From the NCBI GenBank assembly GCA_965369325.1, contig CBDUQI010000003.1:3639-67638 (forward strand): a stretch of 64,000 nucleotides of DNA. Reading direction: 5' to 3'. Of this stretch, positions 9,148 through 19,047 are shown one piece after another. Numbering within the stretch: position 1 is the first letter of the stretch; the number at the start of each line of letters is the position of its first letter. The stretch is from an uncultured Gammaproteobacteria bacterium. GTDB taxonomy: Bacteria; Pseudomonadota; Gammaproteobacteria; Steroidobacterales; JBCBZW01. The translations under genes and the position numbers were made by a program. The notes under the pieces are model-generated. The model made no database searches. It saw only the letters and a list, made by a program, of their open reading frames with translations, and had not been told where the DNA came from.

Positions 9148-10110
9148 ATGAAACCAGTGAATTCATCCCGCCCTGAGGCGCAGTGCGCGCCAGCCGTCAT
9201 GATGGTCCGCCCCGCTGCGTTTGCCTCCAACCCGCTTACCGCCGCCAGCAATAGTTTCCAAGCAAGCGGTGCGCAGGCTGCGGGCGCCGCGCAGGTGCAG
9301 TCGGTGGCGCTGAATGAATTTGATCGCATGGTTGCTCAACTCATCGGTGCCGGTGTCCGGGTGGAGGTGGTGCAGGATACTGTCGAGCCAACCAAACCCG
9401 ATGCAATATTCCCGAACAACTGGTTCAGTACCCACAGTGATGGCACGGTGGTGCAGTACCCCATGATGGCGATCAACCGTCGTGCGGAGCGACGCGCTGA
9501 TGTGGTAGAACAGTTGCTGCCGGCGGCGGGCTATGCTATCGCTCAGCAGGTCGACTTGAGCGCTAGCGAGGCGCGCGGACAATATTTGGAGGGCACCGGC
9601 TCAATGGTGCTGGACCGGATGCACCGGGTGGCCTATGCATGCTTGTCGCCGCGTACCGATGTGCAGGTGCTGGATGAGTTTGCGCAGCGTTTGCATTACG
9701 AGGTGGTGAGCTTTGACGCGCTGGACGCGGCTGGCGCGTCCATATATCACACCAACGTGATGATGAGTATCGGTGAGCGCTTTGCTGTGGTGTGTGCTGA
9801 TTCCATCGTGGGTGCGGATCAACGCACCCAGGTGTGCGATCGTCTTGCGGCGACGGGGCGCGAGGTGATTTTGATCGACCATCCCCAGATGAATGCATTC
9901 GCCGGTAATATTCTACAGCTGGCGAGCGCAGATGGCGGGCGTTGTGTGGCAATGTCCGCGCGCGCATGGGCCGCGTTTTTGCCGGCCCAACGGGGGGTGC
10001 TGTCGGCAAATAGCGTTATCGTCAGTAGCCCATGCAATACTATTGAGGACAACTCCGGGGGCAGTGTGCGCTGCATGCTGGCCGAACTGCATTTACCAAC
10101 AAAGGTTTGA
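9148..10110 (+). CDS. amidinotransferase/arginine-deiminase-fold protein (CtlX-like)
   Basis: The N-terminal block MMVRPAAFASNPLTAASNSFQ and the C-terminal catalytic-Cys context GGSVRCMLAELHL fit the guanidino-group-modifying enzyme fold. ATG 9148 was chosen over the upstream in-frame start. Confidence 0.6.
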   Translation: MKPVNSSRPEAQCAPAVMMVRPAAFASNPLTAASNSFQASGAQAAGAAQVQSVALNEFDRMVAQLIGAGVRVEVVQDTVEPTKPDAIFPNNWFSTHSDGTVVQYPMMAINRRAERRADVVEQLLPAAGYAIAQQVDLSASEARGQYLEGTGSMVLDRMHRVAYACLSPRTDVQVLDEFAQRLHYEVVSFDALDAAGASIYHTNVMMSIGERFAVVCADSIVGADQRTQVCDRLAATGREVILIDHPQMNAFAGNILQLASADGGRCVAMSARAWAAFLPAQRGVLSANSVIVSSPCNTIEDNSGGSVRCMLAELHLPTKV

Positions 10111-10200
10111 GCGATGGGACGAAACAGGGGACGTCCGGGTAAAGGGTTTATCAAAGTCGTCACCGATGGGGACGGCAACCAATCTTCCAGGGAGAAATTT

Positions 10201-11100
10201 ATGGCCAATGCAAGCCGAACACCAATTTATATCTTTGTCGCGCTTGCCGTGGCAGGCCTGCTGGTCAGCAAGATATTTAAGACCGTGCCGCCGGGGCACG
10301 TGGCCGTCGCCAGTTTGTTTGGCGATGTGCGGGATGTTGCGTTTCCGGAGGGTTTACATTTCCCGGTAAACCCGTTGTATGACTGGTACATGTTTGATGG
10401 GCGCCAGAAGACGCACAAAGAAGTGGCCAATGTACCCTCGCAGGATCAGCTGCAAACACGGCTTGAAGTGAGTGTGCAATATCGTCTGACCGGGAGCGAG
10501 GCACCTAAGATATTGCAGGACACCGGCTCGGCGACGCAGGCAGTCGAGGTGCACCTGATTCCCAAACTGCGCTCACTGTTGCGTGAGCAGGGCAAGAGTA
10601 TTCGCCGGGCAGAAGATTTCTTCCTGGAAGAAACCCAGGAGCGCTTGCAGGACAATCTGCTGATAGGCATGGGAGAGTACATGGCGCCCAAGGGTATTCT
10701 CGTCTCAGCAGTGCTGATTCGCGACATTAACCTGCCGCCGTTTATAACCAAGGCGATTGAGGCGAAAAAAGAGCGCGAGCAGGAAGTGGAAAAACAGAAG
10801 GCCGAGCTTGAGCGTTTTCGTACCGAGCAGCAGCAAAAGATCGCCACGGCTGAGGCGGAGCGAAATGCCGCTGCAGAGCAGGCGCAGAAACAGCGTATTC
10901 TGGCCGACGCGCAGGCCTACGAGATCGCCGAAATCAACAAAGCGATTGCCAGCAATCCGGCCTACCTGCAGTTGCAGGCGATGGAGGCGTTAAAGGAAAT
11001 CGCCAAGGACCCGGCCGCCAAAGTGTATTTTCTTGACGGCAGCAGCCCAATGCCGCTGCCGCTGATGCATTTGGGCGAGGACCGGGTTTCCGGGCGCTAG
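10201..11100 (+). CDS. SPFH/band-7 (prohibitin-like) membrane protein
   Basis: One N-terminal TM (IYIFVALAVAGLLVSKI), an SPFH core, and a C-terminal coiled-coil rich in E/K/A/Q. ATG 10201 is preceded by GGGAGA. Confidence 0.8.
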   Translation: MANASRTPIYIFVALAVAGLLVSKIFKTVPPGHVAVASLFGDVRDVAFPEGLHFPVNPLYDWYMFDGRQKTHKEVANVPSQDQLQTRLEVSVQYRLTGSEAPKILQDTGSATQAVEVHLIPKLRSLLREQGKSIRRAEDFFLEETQERLQDNLLIGMGEYMAPKGILVSAVLIRDINLPPFITKAIEAKKEREQEVEKQKAELERFRTEQQQKIATAEAERNAAAEQAQKQRILADAQAYEIAEINKAIASNPAYLQLQAMEALKEIAKDPAAKVYFLDGSSPMPLPLMHLGEDRVSGR

Positions 11101-11113
11101 CAGGCGGGTATTA

Positions 11114-12904
11114 ATGAGCGACGCAGCAGTACACTATCGTGTGAGTCCCGCTAGCCCTGGGGCTCACGTGTTTGAGGTGAGCATGACCATCAACGAGCCC
11201 GCGCAAGACGGGCAACGCGTGCGCATGCCGGCCTGGATTCCAGGCAGCTATCTTATTCGCGATTTTTCCCGGCACGTGCTAGATCTGCAGGCCTCTTGCC
11301 AGCGTGGTCCGGTGGCGGTGAGTAAATCCGATAAATCCACCTGGAAGTGCGCCCCGTGCGCTGGACCGCTAACGTTGGTGTATCGGTTGTATGCTTACGA
11401 TCTGAGCGTGCGAGGCGCGTATCTGGATACCACGCGGGCGTACTTCAACGGCGTGTGCGTGTTTATGGCGGCGCTCGGGCAGGAGCAGACAGCCTGCACG
11501 CTGGTGCTTGCCGGCGATGCGTATCCTGCTGGCTGGGAGGTGGCGACATCGATGAACCCGGTGGAGGCAGATACCCGTGGCTTCGGCGCCTATGAGGCGG
11601 CCGATTACGATGAACTGATTGATCATCCGGTGGAGATTGCGCCGCTGGATACCGCGCGGTTTGATGTAGACGGGGTAGCACACCACATTGCGCTCAGCGG
11701 GGATGAGCGTTGCCACATGCCACGCCTGCGTCAGGATCTGTCGAAGATCTGCGCGCAGCACAGCGCCATGTTCGGGGCGAACATGCCTATCGATCGCTAC
11801 CTTTTTTTGGTGTACGCCACGGACAAAAACGGTGGTGGGCTGGAGCACCGTTGGTCCAACAGCATCATTATCGGGCGTGATCACCTGCCTAGCACAATGG
11901 ATGCGCCGGTGGATAAGCGTTACTGCCGTTTTCTGGGCGTGCTGAGCCACGAGTACTTTCATCTATGGAACGTCAAGCGGATAAAACCGGCCGCTTTCGA
12001 GCCGTTTGATTTAAGCCGCGAACAACACACTACCCTGCTGTGGGTGTTCGAGGGCATCACTTCTTACTACGACGATCTGGCGATGGTACGGGCCGGCGTC
12101 ATCGACGTCGCCACTTATCTGGGCCTGCTTGGCGAGGCGATCACGGGTGTGTGGCAAACGCCGGGTCGCCATCGTATGAGCCTGGCCGAGTCCAGTTTTG
12201 ATGCGTGGACCAAACTGTACAAGCGCGATGAGAACGCGCCTAACGCACTGATCAGTTACTACAGCAAAGGCTCACTGGTGGCGCTGGCGCTGGACCTGAG
12301 CATACGCGAGCAAAGCGCCGGAAAGTACTGCCTGGACGATGTGATGCGAGCGTTCTGGGCTCGCTACGGCGAGGGCAGCGGCGGGGTGGCGGAGGATGGC
12401 TTCGAAGCGTTGGCCGCCGAGGTCACCGGGCTTGCGTTGGATGGGTTTTTTGATGCCATGATACGCGGGACACAAGACCCACCGCTGGCCAGTTTGTTAA
12501 GTCACGTCGGGGTAGACATGCGACTGTCCAGTGCGCGCCCCACAGCGGGCAGCGCGGCGGGCCAGTACCTGCCGGCACTCGGTATTCGGTGTCGTGGCGA
12601 ACAAACTGGCGCGAGTATCATGCACGTGCTGGATGGTGGCGCCGCGCAGGCGGCCGGGCTTTCGGCCGGGGATAAACTGTTGGCAGTGAATGGATTGCGC
12701 GTGGGTCGCGCCAATCTGGTGGACTTGCTTGGCGCTCCCGCCGCGGGGGAGGCGCTGCATCTGCATGTGTTTCGCCGCGACCAGTTGCTTACCTTCGATC
12801 TTAGCCCGAGTGAACCGGTGAAGGATGTGGCTACCCTGAGCCTGGACGCACAGGCGAGCGAGGGCGCGCTGCACGCGCGCCAGGCATGGCTGGCAAGTTG
12901 TTGA
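11114..12904 (+). CDS. M61 family glycyl aminopeptidase with C-terminal PDZ domain
   Basis: Has the HExxH zinc site (LSHEYFHLWNVKRI). The C-terminal PDZ-like segment is GASIMHVLDGGAAQAAGLSAGDKLLAVNG. Confidence 0.85.
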   Translation: MSDAAVHYRVSPASPGAHVFEVSMTINEPAQDGQRVRMPAWIPGSYLIRDFSRHVLDLQASCQRGPVAVSKSDKSTWKCAPCAGPLTLVYRLYAYDLSVRGAYLDTTRAYFNGVCVFMAALGQEQTACTLVLAGDAYPAGWEVATSMNPVEADTRGFGAYEAADYDELIDHPVEIAPLDTARFDVDGVAHHIALSGDERCHMPRLRQDLSKICAQHSAMFGANMPIDRYLFLVYATDKNGGGLEHRWSNSIIIGRDHLPSTMDAPVDKRYCRFLGVLSHEYFHLWNVKRIKPAAFEPFDLSREQHTTLLWVFEGITSYYDDLAMVRAGVIDVATYLGLLGEAITGVWQTPGRHRMSLAESSFDAWTKLYKRDENAPNALISYYSKGSLVALALDLSIREQSAGKYCLDDVMRAFWARYGEGSGGVAEDGFEALAAEVTGLALDGFFDAMIRGTQDPPLASLLSHVGVDMRLSSARPTAGSAAGQYLPALGIRCRGEQTGASIMHVLDGGAAQAAGLSAGDKLLAVNGLRVGRANLVDLLGAPAAGEALHLHVFRRDQLLTFDLSPSEPVKDVATLSLDAQASEGALHARQAWLASC

Positions 12905-14028
12905 TGGCAGGATGGCGCGAGTTTTCACGCACGTACCGGTGTGGCGGGTTAATCGCCGGTGTGTGCCTTGGGTTGGCTTTAGCGGCTTGCGCTTCAACCG
13001 GCCCGGGCAAGGCCCTGCAGATGTCGAAACCGGCGCCAGATCTGCCGATCGCAGTCTCGAACAACGCAGTGGCGGCGCTTCGCGCGCCCGACGGCCAGGT
13101 GTGGCTGTATTCCTTTATGGGCCTGAAGGCGGGCAAAAGCTGGCGTGACACCACCTCTGCGGCGTTTGTATTGCCACCCGATGCGGATGGCTGGTCAGCA
13201 CTGGCCGACGTGCCCGGCGGTGAGGGGCGTTTGGCTGGGGTAGCGGCGGCGGCAGCAGGTTCGGTGTACATATTTGGCGGCTACACCGTGAAAGAAGATC
13301 ATTCCGAAGTATCGGTGGCGAGCGTGCATGCATTGCGCCAGGGCGCTAACGCGTATGTGCGGCGCGCCGCAATGCCAGTGCCCGTGGACGATGCGGTGGC
13401 GGTGGTGTATCAGGATCGTTACATCTACCTGATCAGTGGCTGGCATGATTTTGCGAACGTGAACCTGGTACAAATGTACGATACCCGCACGGACAGTTGG
13501 GCCCAGGCAACCGCATTCCCCGGTACACCGGTGTTCGGACACGCTGGCGGGATGGTGGACGATACCATCATCGTATGCGATGGCGTTGGCATCCACACGC
13601 CGGATGTTGGCGCCCGGCGTTTTGTCCCGGTGGATGCGTGCTATTCCGGTGAGGTGGATGCCGGCAATCCGCGGCGCATTACCTGGCATCGTCTGCCCTC
13701 ACATCCGGGGCCAGCGCGCTACCGCATGGCCGCGACCGGCGTGACGGGTGCACCCGCCAGGGTAGTCTTCGCGGGCGGCAGCGATAACCCCTACAACTAC
13801 AACGGTATCGGCTACAACGGGGAGCCGTCGGCCGCTTCCGATGAGGTGTTCGCCTTTGATGTGTCTGCGCGCGCGTGGCAGCGCCTCGGGCACCTGCCCG
13901 TGGCCACTATGGACCATCGCGGACTGCTTACTACCGATGCCGGGCTGGTGCTGGTAGGGGGGATGCGCGAGGGGCAACGTGTGAGTGCGCAGGTGCTGCA
14001 TTTTTCCCTTAATACCAGCGCGCAATGA
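12904..14028 (+). CDS. Kelch-repeat lipoprotein (NanM/galactose-oxidase-like beta-propeller)
   Basis: Has a lipobox (GLALAACAS) and repeated Kelch-like blades (YIFGGYT, IYLISGW, VVFAGGSDNP, LVLVGGM). ATG 12904 overlaps the M61 stop (ATGA). Confidence 0.6.
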   Translation: MAGWREFSRTYRCGGLIAGVCLGLALAACASTGPGKALQMSKPAPDLPIAVSNNAVAALRAPDGQVWLYSFMGLKAGKSWRDTTSAAFVLPPDADGWSALADVPGGEGRLAGVAAAAAGSVYIFGGYTVKEDHSEVSVASVHALRQGANAYVRRAAMPVPVDDAVAVVYQDRYIYLISGWHDFANVNLVQMYDTRTDSWAQATAFPGTPVFGHAGGMVDDTIIVCDGVGIHTPDVGARRFVPVDACYSGEVDAGNPRRITWHRLPSHPGPARYRMAATGVTGAPARVVFAGGSDNPYNYNGIGYNGEPSAASDEVFAFDVSARAWQRLGHLPVATMDHRGLLTTDAGLVLVGGMREGQRVSAQVLHFSLNTSAQ

Positions 14029-14945
14029 TCTCACTCAACACGCCTGAGCACGCCGTATGGCGACTGCTCGCGGGCGCGCTGATGATTAGCTTTTCGGCCG
14101 TGTTCGTGCGCCTGACCAGCGTTGCGCCGGACGTCTCCGGATTTTATCGGGTGATGATTGGCGGCGCGGTTCTGTTAGGCATCGTGTTGTGGCGGCGTGA
14201 GCGTCTGCTGCCCTCGCGCGCGGCCATCGGTGCCATCGGTGCCGCCAGTGTTTTCTTTGCGCTTGATCTGGCTGCATGGCATCGCTCGATCGACTACGTC
14301 GGCCCAGGGCTGGCAACCTTGCTGGCGAACTTTCAGGTATTCGCGCTGGGCGCGGTGGGCATCCTGGTGTTTGGCGAGCGGGTGCGGTGGCCGGTGTTGC
14401 TAAGTGTGCCGGTGGCGTTTGTGGGCGTCGCCATGATTGTCGGATTCGACTGGTCAGCGCTGCGCCCGACGGACCGGCTTGGGGTGATATTCGGACTGGC
14501 CACGGCGGTGTTTTACACAGGATATATTCTGACCCTGCGGCGAGTCAGCTATACCGGTGGTATCTCCGCGGCGGTCACCATTATGTGGGTATCGCTGGCC
14601 GCTGCGGGTTTGCTGATGATCGCTGTGCCGTTAACGGGCGATTCGCTGGCGATTCCAAGCCAGCGTGATGGCCTGCTGCTATTCGCCTACGGCGTATGTG
14701 GGCAGGCGTTAGGCTGGCTGCTGATCTCAAGTGCGCTGGGGTATTTGCGTGCCAGCCAGATCGGGCTGGTACTGCTGATACAGCCGGTGTGCTCGTATCT
14801 GTGGGATATCCTGTTGTTTGATTTGCCGCTCACCACCCGCCAGATCGCGGGCGCGTTGATCGCGCTCGCTGCCATCTACGTGGGATCGAGCATGGCCTCG
14901 CCCCAGCCGGCGTTGCCGCCTGATCCCGGCGCGTCGGCCCGCTAG
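14025..14945 (+). CDS. EamA/DMT-family transporter
   Basis: 306 aa with about 10 hydrophobic helices arranged as two similar halves. It overlaps the upstream stop by 4 nt. Confidence 0.75.
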   Translation: MISLNTPEHAVWRLLAGALMISFSAVFVRLTSVAPDVSGFYRVMIGGAVLLGIVLWRRERLLPSRAAIGAIGAASVFFALDLAAWHRSIDYVGPGLATLLANFQVFALGAVGILVFGERVRWPVLLSVPVAFVGVAMIVGFDWSALRPTDRLGVIFGLATAVFYTGYILTLRRVSYTGGISAAVTIMWVSLAAAGLLMIAVPLTGDSLAIPSQRDGLLLFAYGVCGQALGWLLISSALGYLRASQIGLVLLIQPVCSYLWDILLFDLPLTTRQIAGALIALAAIYVGSSMASPQPALPPDPGASAR

Positions 14946-15061
14946 CATGAGTGCCTAGCGCGCGCCGCGCTCGATCATAAAATGCGCCAACACTCGCCCA
15001 CGCTCACGGTATTCGCGGTAAACTTCAACGCATACGATCTTGGAACGGCGCGGACAGGGTT

Positions 15062-15709
15062 ATGTTGGAACTTGGTGTCAAACTACTGCTTTCGTACTTG
15101 TTGGGCTCCTGTAACGGCGCCTTGTTGCTGGGCAGGCTGCGCGGCATAGATATTCGAAACCAGGGCAGCGGCAACGCTGGCGGAACCAACGCGCTGCGCA
15201 CCCAGGGACTGGGCTTTGCTTTTACCGTGGTGGTAATCGATGTCGGCAAAGGCGCACTGGCTGTGCTGCTGGTGGCGGCACTTGCGCTGCCCGGCCTTAT
15301 GCCCTCGAGCGTAGTGCCGGCCAGTTGGGTCCCCCCGTTGTGCGGGGCCGCAGCTATCCTTGGACACGTATATCCATTTTGGTTTCAGATGCGTGGCGGC
15401 AAGGGAGCGGGCACCCTGGTTGGCGCGTACGCCGCGTTGATGCCGAGCGCACTCATCCCGTTGCTACTGGTTTGGGTTGTGGTGTTAATCACCAGCGGCT
15501 TTGTTGGCCTATCGACCATGTTGGCGGCCATTTCGGTGCCGCTGTATCTAAATTTAAGTGGATCAGTCGCTGCGGATAGCGCGCTGGCGGTGTTTGCGGT
15601 GGCCATGGCAGCACTGATCGTCCTTACCCATCGCAGCAACATCCAGCGCATGCTGCAAGGGACTGAGGATAAGAAGCGGCGTGTGATGCTGTTCAGTCGC
15701 GGGCGTTGA
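15062..15709 (+). CDS. plsY: glycerol-3-phosphate acyltransferase PlsY
   Basis: Has the GSGNAGGTNALR motif and is a multi-TM protein of about 215 aa. Confidence 0.9.
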   Translation: MLELGVKLLLSYLLGSCNGALLLGRLRGIDIRNQGSGNAGGTNALRTQGLGFAFTVVVIDVGKGALAVLLVAALALPGLMPSSVVPASWVPPLCGAAAILGHVYPFWFQMRGGKGAGTLVGAYAALMPSALIPLLLVWVVVLITSGFVGLSTMLAAISVPLYLNLSGSVAADSALAVFAVAMAALIVLTHRSNIQRMLQGTEDKKRRVMLFSRGR

Positions 15710-15719
15710 CTGGCTGGCC

Positions 15720-16748
15720 ATGCGCGCGGGCGGACAAACGGCAGTTGTGGGCACTGAGCGCTACGATGATGCGGCGCAGCTTGCGCGCGCGCTCGCCGAC
15801 GGGCAATGGCATCCTCTGCCGGCATCGTGCGCCGGTGCCACGGTTGCTCTGCCTGAGGCTGCCGGACTGGCTGAGCTGCTTGGTTTGCAATTGCAATGCA
15901 ACGATGGCCGTTGCCGGCTGCCTACAGCGATCACCCTGCTGCGTTCAAGCGCGATACGCCAGCATCTGACGTGCACCGGGATCGGCCTTCAGGTGCATGA
16001 CCTACTGGATTCCACTAACAACCGGGCGTCATTGGTACTGCGAAAGTGCGGCGAGCGGACGGCTGTGTTGGCGGAGTTTCAAACGGCGGGGCGCGGCCAG
16101 CACGGTCGCCAGTGGATTGCGCCGTTCGGCAGCGGCATGTGCCTCTCGCTGGCCTGGCTTGGGCAGGGCCCGCTTGAGGCTTACGCCTGTATCACGCTCG
16201 TGGCGGGTGTTGCGGTAAGCGAAGCGCTGAGCACGCTGGGTGTCCACGACGTGCGGCTGAAATGGCCAAATGATCTGTTCTTGGGCGATGCCAAACTCGG
16301 CGGTATTCTGGTGCAGAGCCGGATACAGGAGAGCGCAGCGGGAGCCCCGTCGATTCAACTGGTGGCAGGTGTCGGCATTAACGCGGACCTGTCCAACGCG
16401 GCGTCGGCGCAATTGTCTGCAACCGACTACCCGGTGGCAGATTTGCGCGCGTACGCACGGCAGCTGCCGGTTGACCGTAACCGTCTGGCGGCGCAGGTAA
16501 TTGATTCGCTGGCAATTGCCTTCCAGGAGTTTTCGCAGCAGGGCTTCTCGGCGTTTCATGCACGTTGGGCGCAACGTGACTATCTGGCAGGGCGGTGGGT
16601 TCGAAGTGTTGCCCATGAGGGTGCTACCGAAGGCATCGCCTGTGGTGTTGACAGCGACGGCGCGCTGTTGATTGAGCACGCCGGCACACGGCATCGGGTG
16701 GTGAGTGCAAGTGGCTCGGTACGCGTGCTGGCGCAGGAGCGCGCATGA
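15720..16748 (+). CDS. birA: biotin--[acetyl-CoA-carboxylase] ligase
   Basis: Has the GRGQHGRQW biotin/ATP-binding loop and KWPNDLFL. It is directly followed by coaX, a common pairing. Confidence 0.85.
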   Translation: MRAGGQTAVVGTERYDDAAQLARALADGQWHPLPASCAGATVALPEAAGLAELLGLQLQCNDGRCRLPTAITLLRSSAIRQHLTCTGIGLQVHDLLDSTNNRASLVLRKCGERTAVLAEFQTAGRGQHGRQWIAPFGSGMCLSLAWLGQGPLEAYACITLVAGVAVSEALSTLGVHDVRLKWPNDLFLGDAKLGGILVQSRIQESAAGAPSIQLVAGVGINADLSNAASAQLSATDYPVADLRAYARQLPVDRNRLAAQVIDSLAIAFQEFSQQGFSAFHARWAQRDYLAGRWVRSVAHEGATEGIACGVDSDGALLIEHAGTRHRVVSASGSVRVLAQERA

Positions 16749-17497
16749 GTGTCATGTTGGTGGATGCCGGCAATTCGGTTATCAAATGGGCGCGCTACGA
16801 GCAGGGGACAATCGGGCAGATGCATCAGATCTGGCATCGCGATGAACAGCCGCTGGTGGCACTACGTGCACTTGATGCGGTGGACTTTGCCCCGCAACGG
16901 CTGGTGGTGGGGAATGTTGCCGGCGAGCCGGTCGCGCAAGCGATAAGGCACTACGCCGGCGTATCATTCGACTGCAAAGCCGAGTTTGCGCAGGTGCAGG
17001 ATGGTTTCGACGGCTTGACGTTGGCTTACGCGCAGCCCAAGCGGCTCGGGGTGGACCGCTGGCTGGCGATGCTGGGGGCGTTGCGTGCCGGCACTGCGCC
17101 CGCGGTGATTGCCGATTTCGGTACGGCGGTCACCATCGATGCGATTGACAGCGAACGGCGCCATCTGGGTGGCGCCATTGTTCCAGGGCGCCGACTGATG
17201 CCACAGGCGTTGCGTGCTGGCACCGCGCGCATCCGCTCACAGGAGCGCGATGATGCTGCATCCAGTGTGTTCGCGCACGATACTGGCCCGGCATTGCGAG
17301 CCGGCGCGGATCATGCGCTGGCGGCGCTGGTGGAGCGTGCTCTGCACGAATTGGGCGCCGAGGGCATAATTGCCCCAATGCTGCTGTTGACCGGAGGGGA
17401 TGCGCAGGTGTTGTCGCCGCTAATTCATTGCCCGCATCGCACAGAACCCGCGCTAGTGTTGCACGGGCTGGCGCATTGGCTGGAGCGGCTCGCATGA
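16745..17497 (+). CDS. coaX: type III pantothenate kinase
   Basis: The N-terminus is MLVDAGNSVIKWA (ASKHA phosphate-1 motif). Length is 250 aa. It overlaps birA by 4 nt. Confidence 0.88.
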   Translation: MSVMLVDAGNSVIKWARYEQGTIGQMHQIWHRDEQPLVALRALDAVDFAPQRLVVGNVAGEPVAQAIRHYAGVSFDCKAEFAQVQDGFDGLTLAYAQPKRLGVDRWLAMLGALRAGTAPAVIADFGTAVTIDAIDSERRHLGGAIVPGRRLMPQALRAGTARIRSQERDDAASSVFAHDTGPALRAGADHALAALVERALHELGAEGIIAPMLLLTGGDAQVLSPLIHCPHRTEPALVLHGLAHWLERLA

Positions 17498-18741
17498 GAG
17501 AGATGGCGCTGGTATTTATTGTGGCCAATCTTCTGCTGGCGTTGTGGGGAGTATGGATCAAGCCCGACCCCAACGTGGGGAGCGCGGCGGAACTGCCGGC
17601 CGCCGCCACCCGTCTCGCGTTGACGGATATGCCACCAATCGCGCAAGCCCCTGGCGCGACCGAGACGCCTGATGTGGTACAAGCGCAAACGGCGCCAGAT
17701 GCCGTGCCGCCCGGACAGATTCAGATTGGGAGCGCGCTCGAGTCTGCATCGCACGCAGATGGTGATCTGGTGCAAGCGGTATTGTCACCATCTGATGATG
17801 CGTTGACCGATAGCTCCGCTGCTGATGCATTAGCCGAATCATCAGCGGCCACGACGGAACCAGTGATTATCCCGGCCGCCGGATTTACCGAAGCACTGCC
17901 GCCAGCGCAAAGCGCGGATGAGCGCGCTGGACAGGCATCAACACTGGCGCCTGATGCTGGCGGACTTGAAGCGACGGCGGATGTGCCGTCCGAGGGTTCC
18001 GACGCAGCTCGCATCGCACAGATTACGCCGGCAGAGGATTCGGCGGCAGATAGTGAGCAGGTACCCTCCGCGAACACCGCGCCGGAAGCGGGCGCGCAAA
18101 CATCTGCGCTCGACGAGCCCAGCGGGACTCAGGCGCCGGAGGCCGAGGCGGGCGGCCTATCGGATGTCGAGGCGATCGAGCCTGTCGCGCTCGCGCAGGG
18201 CCCCGACAACAACGCCTTATCGGACGATGTAGGTGCCGCCCCCCTCGAGGGCGATGCGCAGATACAGGCTGCGCCGGGTGTGCGTTGCAGGAGCGTTGGT
18301 CCATTCCTGGATTTGCCCGAGGCTGCGGATGCGGCAGGCAAGCTGCGTGATGCTGGGTATTCGCCGGCTCAGCATCTGCTGGAATCAGAAATCTGGATTG
18401 GTCACTGGGTGTTGTTGCCGCCGTTGGGCAGCCGCGAGGAGGCGATCGAAGTGGTCGAGCGTCTGCGTGGCCTGGGGGTGAATGATCTGTACATCGAGCC
18501 GGCCGGTGCCGTGCGCAACGGCATCTCGCTGGGTTTGTTCAGCGAGCTAACCCACGCCGAAACTCGCGTCGCAACCATTCGCCAGCACGGTTACGAGCCC
18601 GTGGTTCGCGATCGCAGCCGCACTGCAGACGTGTACTGGATAGACATCAATTCGGCGGATCCGATTGATCTGAACGACTTCGAGTTTAATCCAAATCGTA
18701 ATATCAGCATCGAATACGGTCTGTGTTCTGAGCCAAACTGA
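17494..18741 (+). CDS. SPOR-domain membrane protein with long acidic low-complexity linker
   Basis: ATG 17494 overlaps the coaX stop (ATGA). It has an N-terminal TM (ALVFIVANLLLALWGVW) and about 250 aa of A/D/E/S/P-rich sequence. Two C-terminal SPOR-like units are present (CRSVGPFLDLPEAADAAGKLRDAGY and ISLGLFSELTHAETRVATIRQHGY). Confidence 0.7.
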   Translation: MREMALVFIVANLLLALWGVWIKPDPNVGSAAELPAAATRLALTDMPPIAQAPGATETPDVVQAQTAPDAVPPGQIQIGSALESASHADGDLVQAVLSPSDDALTDSSAADALAESSAATTEPVIIPAAGFTEALPPAQSADERAGQASTLAPDAGGLEATADVPSEGSDAARIAQITPAEDSAADSEQVPSANTAPEAGAQTSALDEPSGTQAPEAEAGGLSDVEAIEPVALAQGPDNNALSDDVGAAPLEGDAQIQAAPGVRCRSVGPFLDLPEAADAAGKLRDAGYSPAQHLLESEIWIGHWVLLPPLGSREEAIEVVERLRGLGVNDLYIEPAGAVRNGISLGLFSELTHAETRVATIRQHGYEPVVRDRSRTADVYWIDINSADPIDLNDFEFNPNRNISIEYGLCSEPN

Positions 18742-18757
18742 CTCCCAGCCCATCCGG

Positions 18758-18768
18758 GGGTTCTAACT
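18758..18768. repeat. direct repeat copy 1, GGGTTCTAACT
   Basis: This exact 11-mer is repeated 120 bp downstream. It lies in the AT-rich spacer after the SPOR gene. Confidence 0.6.
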
Positions 18769-18877
18769 ACGTATTGACGTTTAGCATTTCGTTTTGTCAT
18801 TTCTTAACCTTTATCAGCAAAACTAGGAATTCTCCCGGACCAAAAACAGGTTATCCCTGATTGGCCAGGTGGCGTTA

Positions 18878-18888
18878 GGGTTCTAACT
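18878..18888. repeat. direct repeat copy 2, GGGTTCTAACT
   Basis: Exact copy of 18758..18768. A third, partial copy (GGGTTCTA) lies at 19228..19235 across the stop codon of the small ORF. Confidence 0.6.
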
Positions 18889-19047
18889 TGGTCTAGTAAG
18901 CATCAGAATTGTCAAGGTATTGGGTCACAAAACACCCAATCCAAGCATCGCGGTCTTCAGATGCCATTCCGGCCATCGAAGGCCTCCCCCAAAGACAATC
19001 TGGTGACAACGTCGACAACGTTCGGTCCAATATAGGGAGAGGCAGCA

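Noticed and set aside
18742-19047. A tRNA gene or tRNA-derived att site after the SPOR gene. GGGTTCTAAC vaguely resembles a T-loop.
   Set aside because: There is no complementary T-stem, acceptor stem or anticodon arm around either copy, and the sequence is not GGTTCGAAT. No cloverleaf can be drawn.
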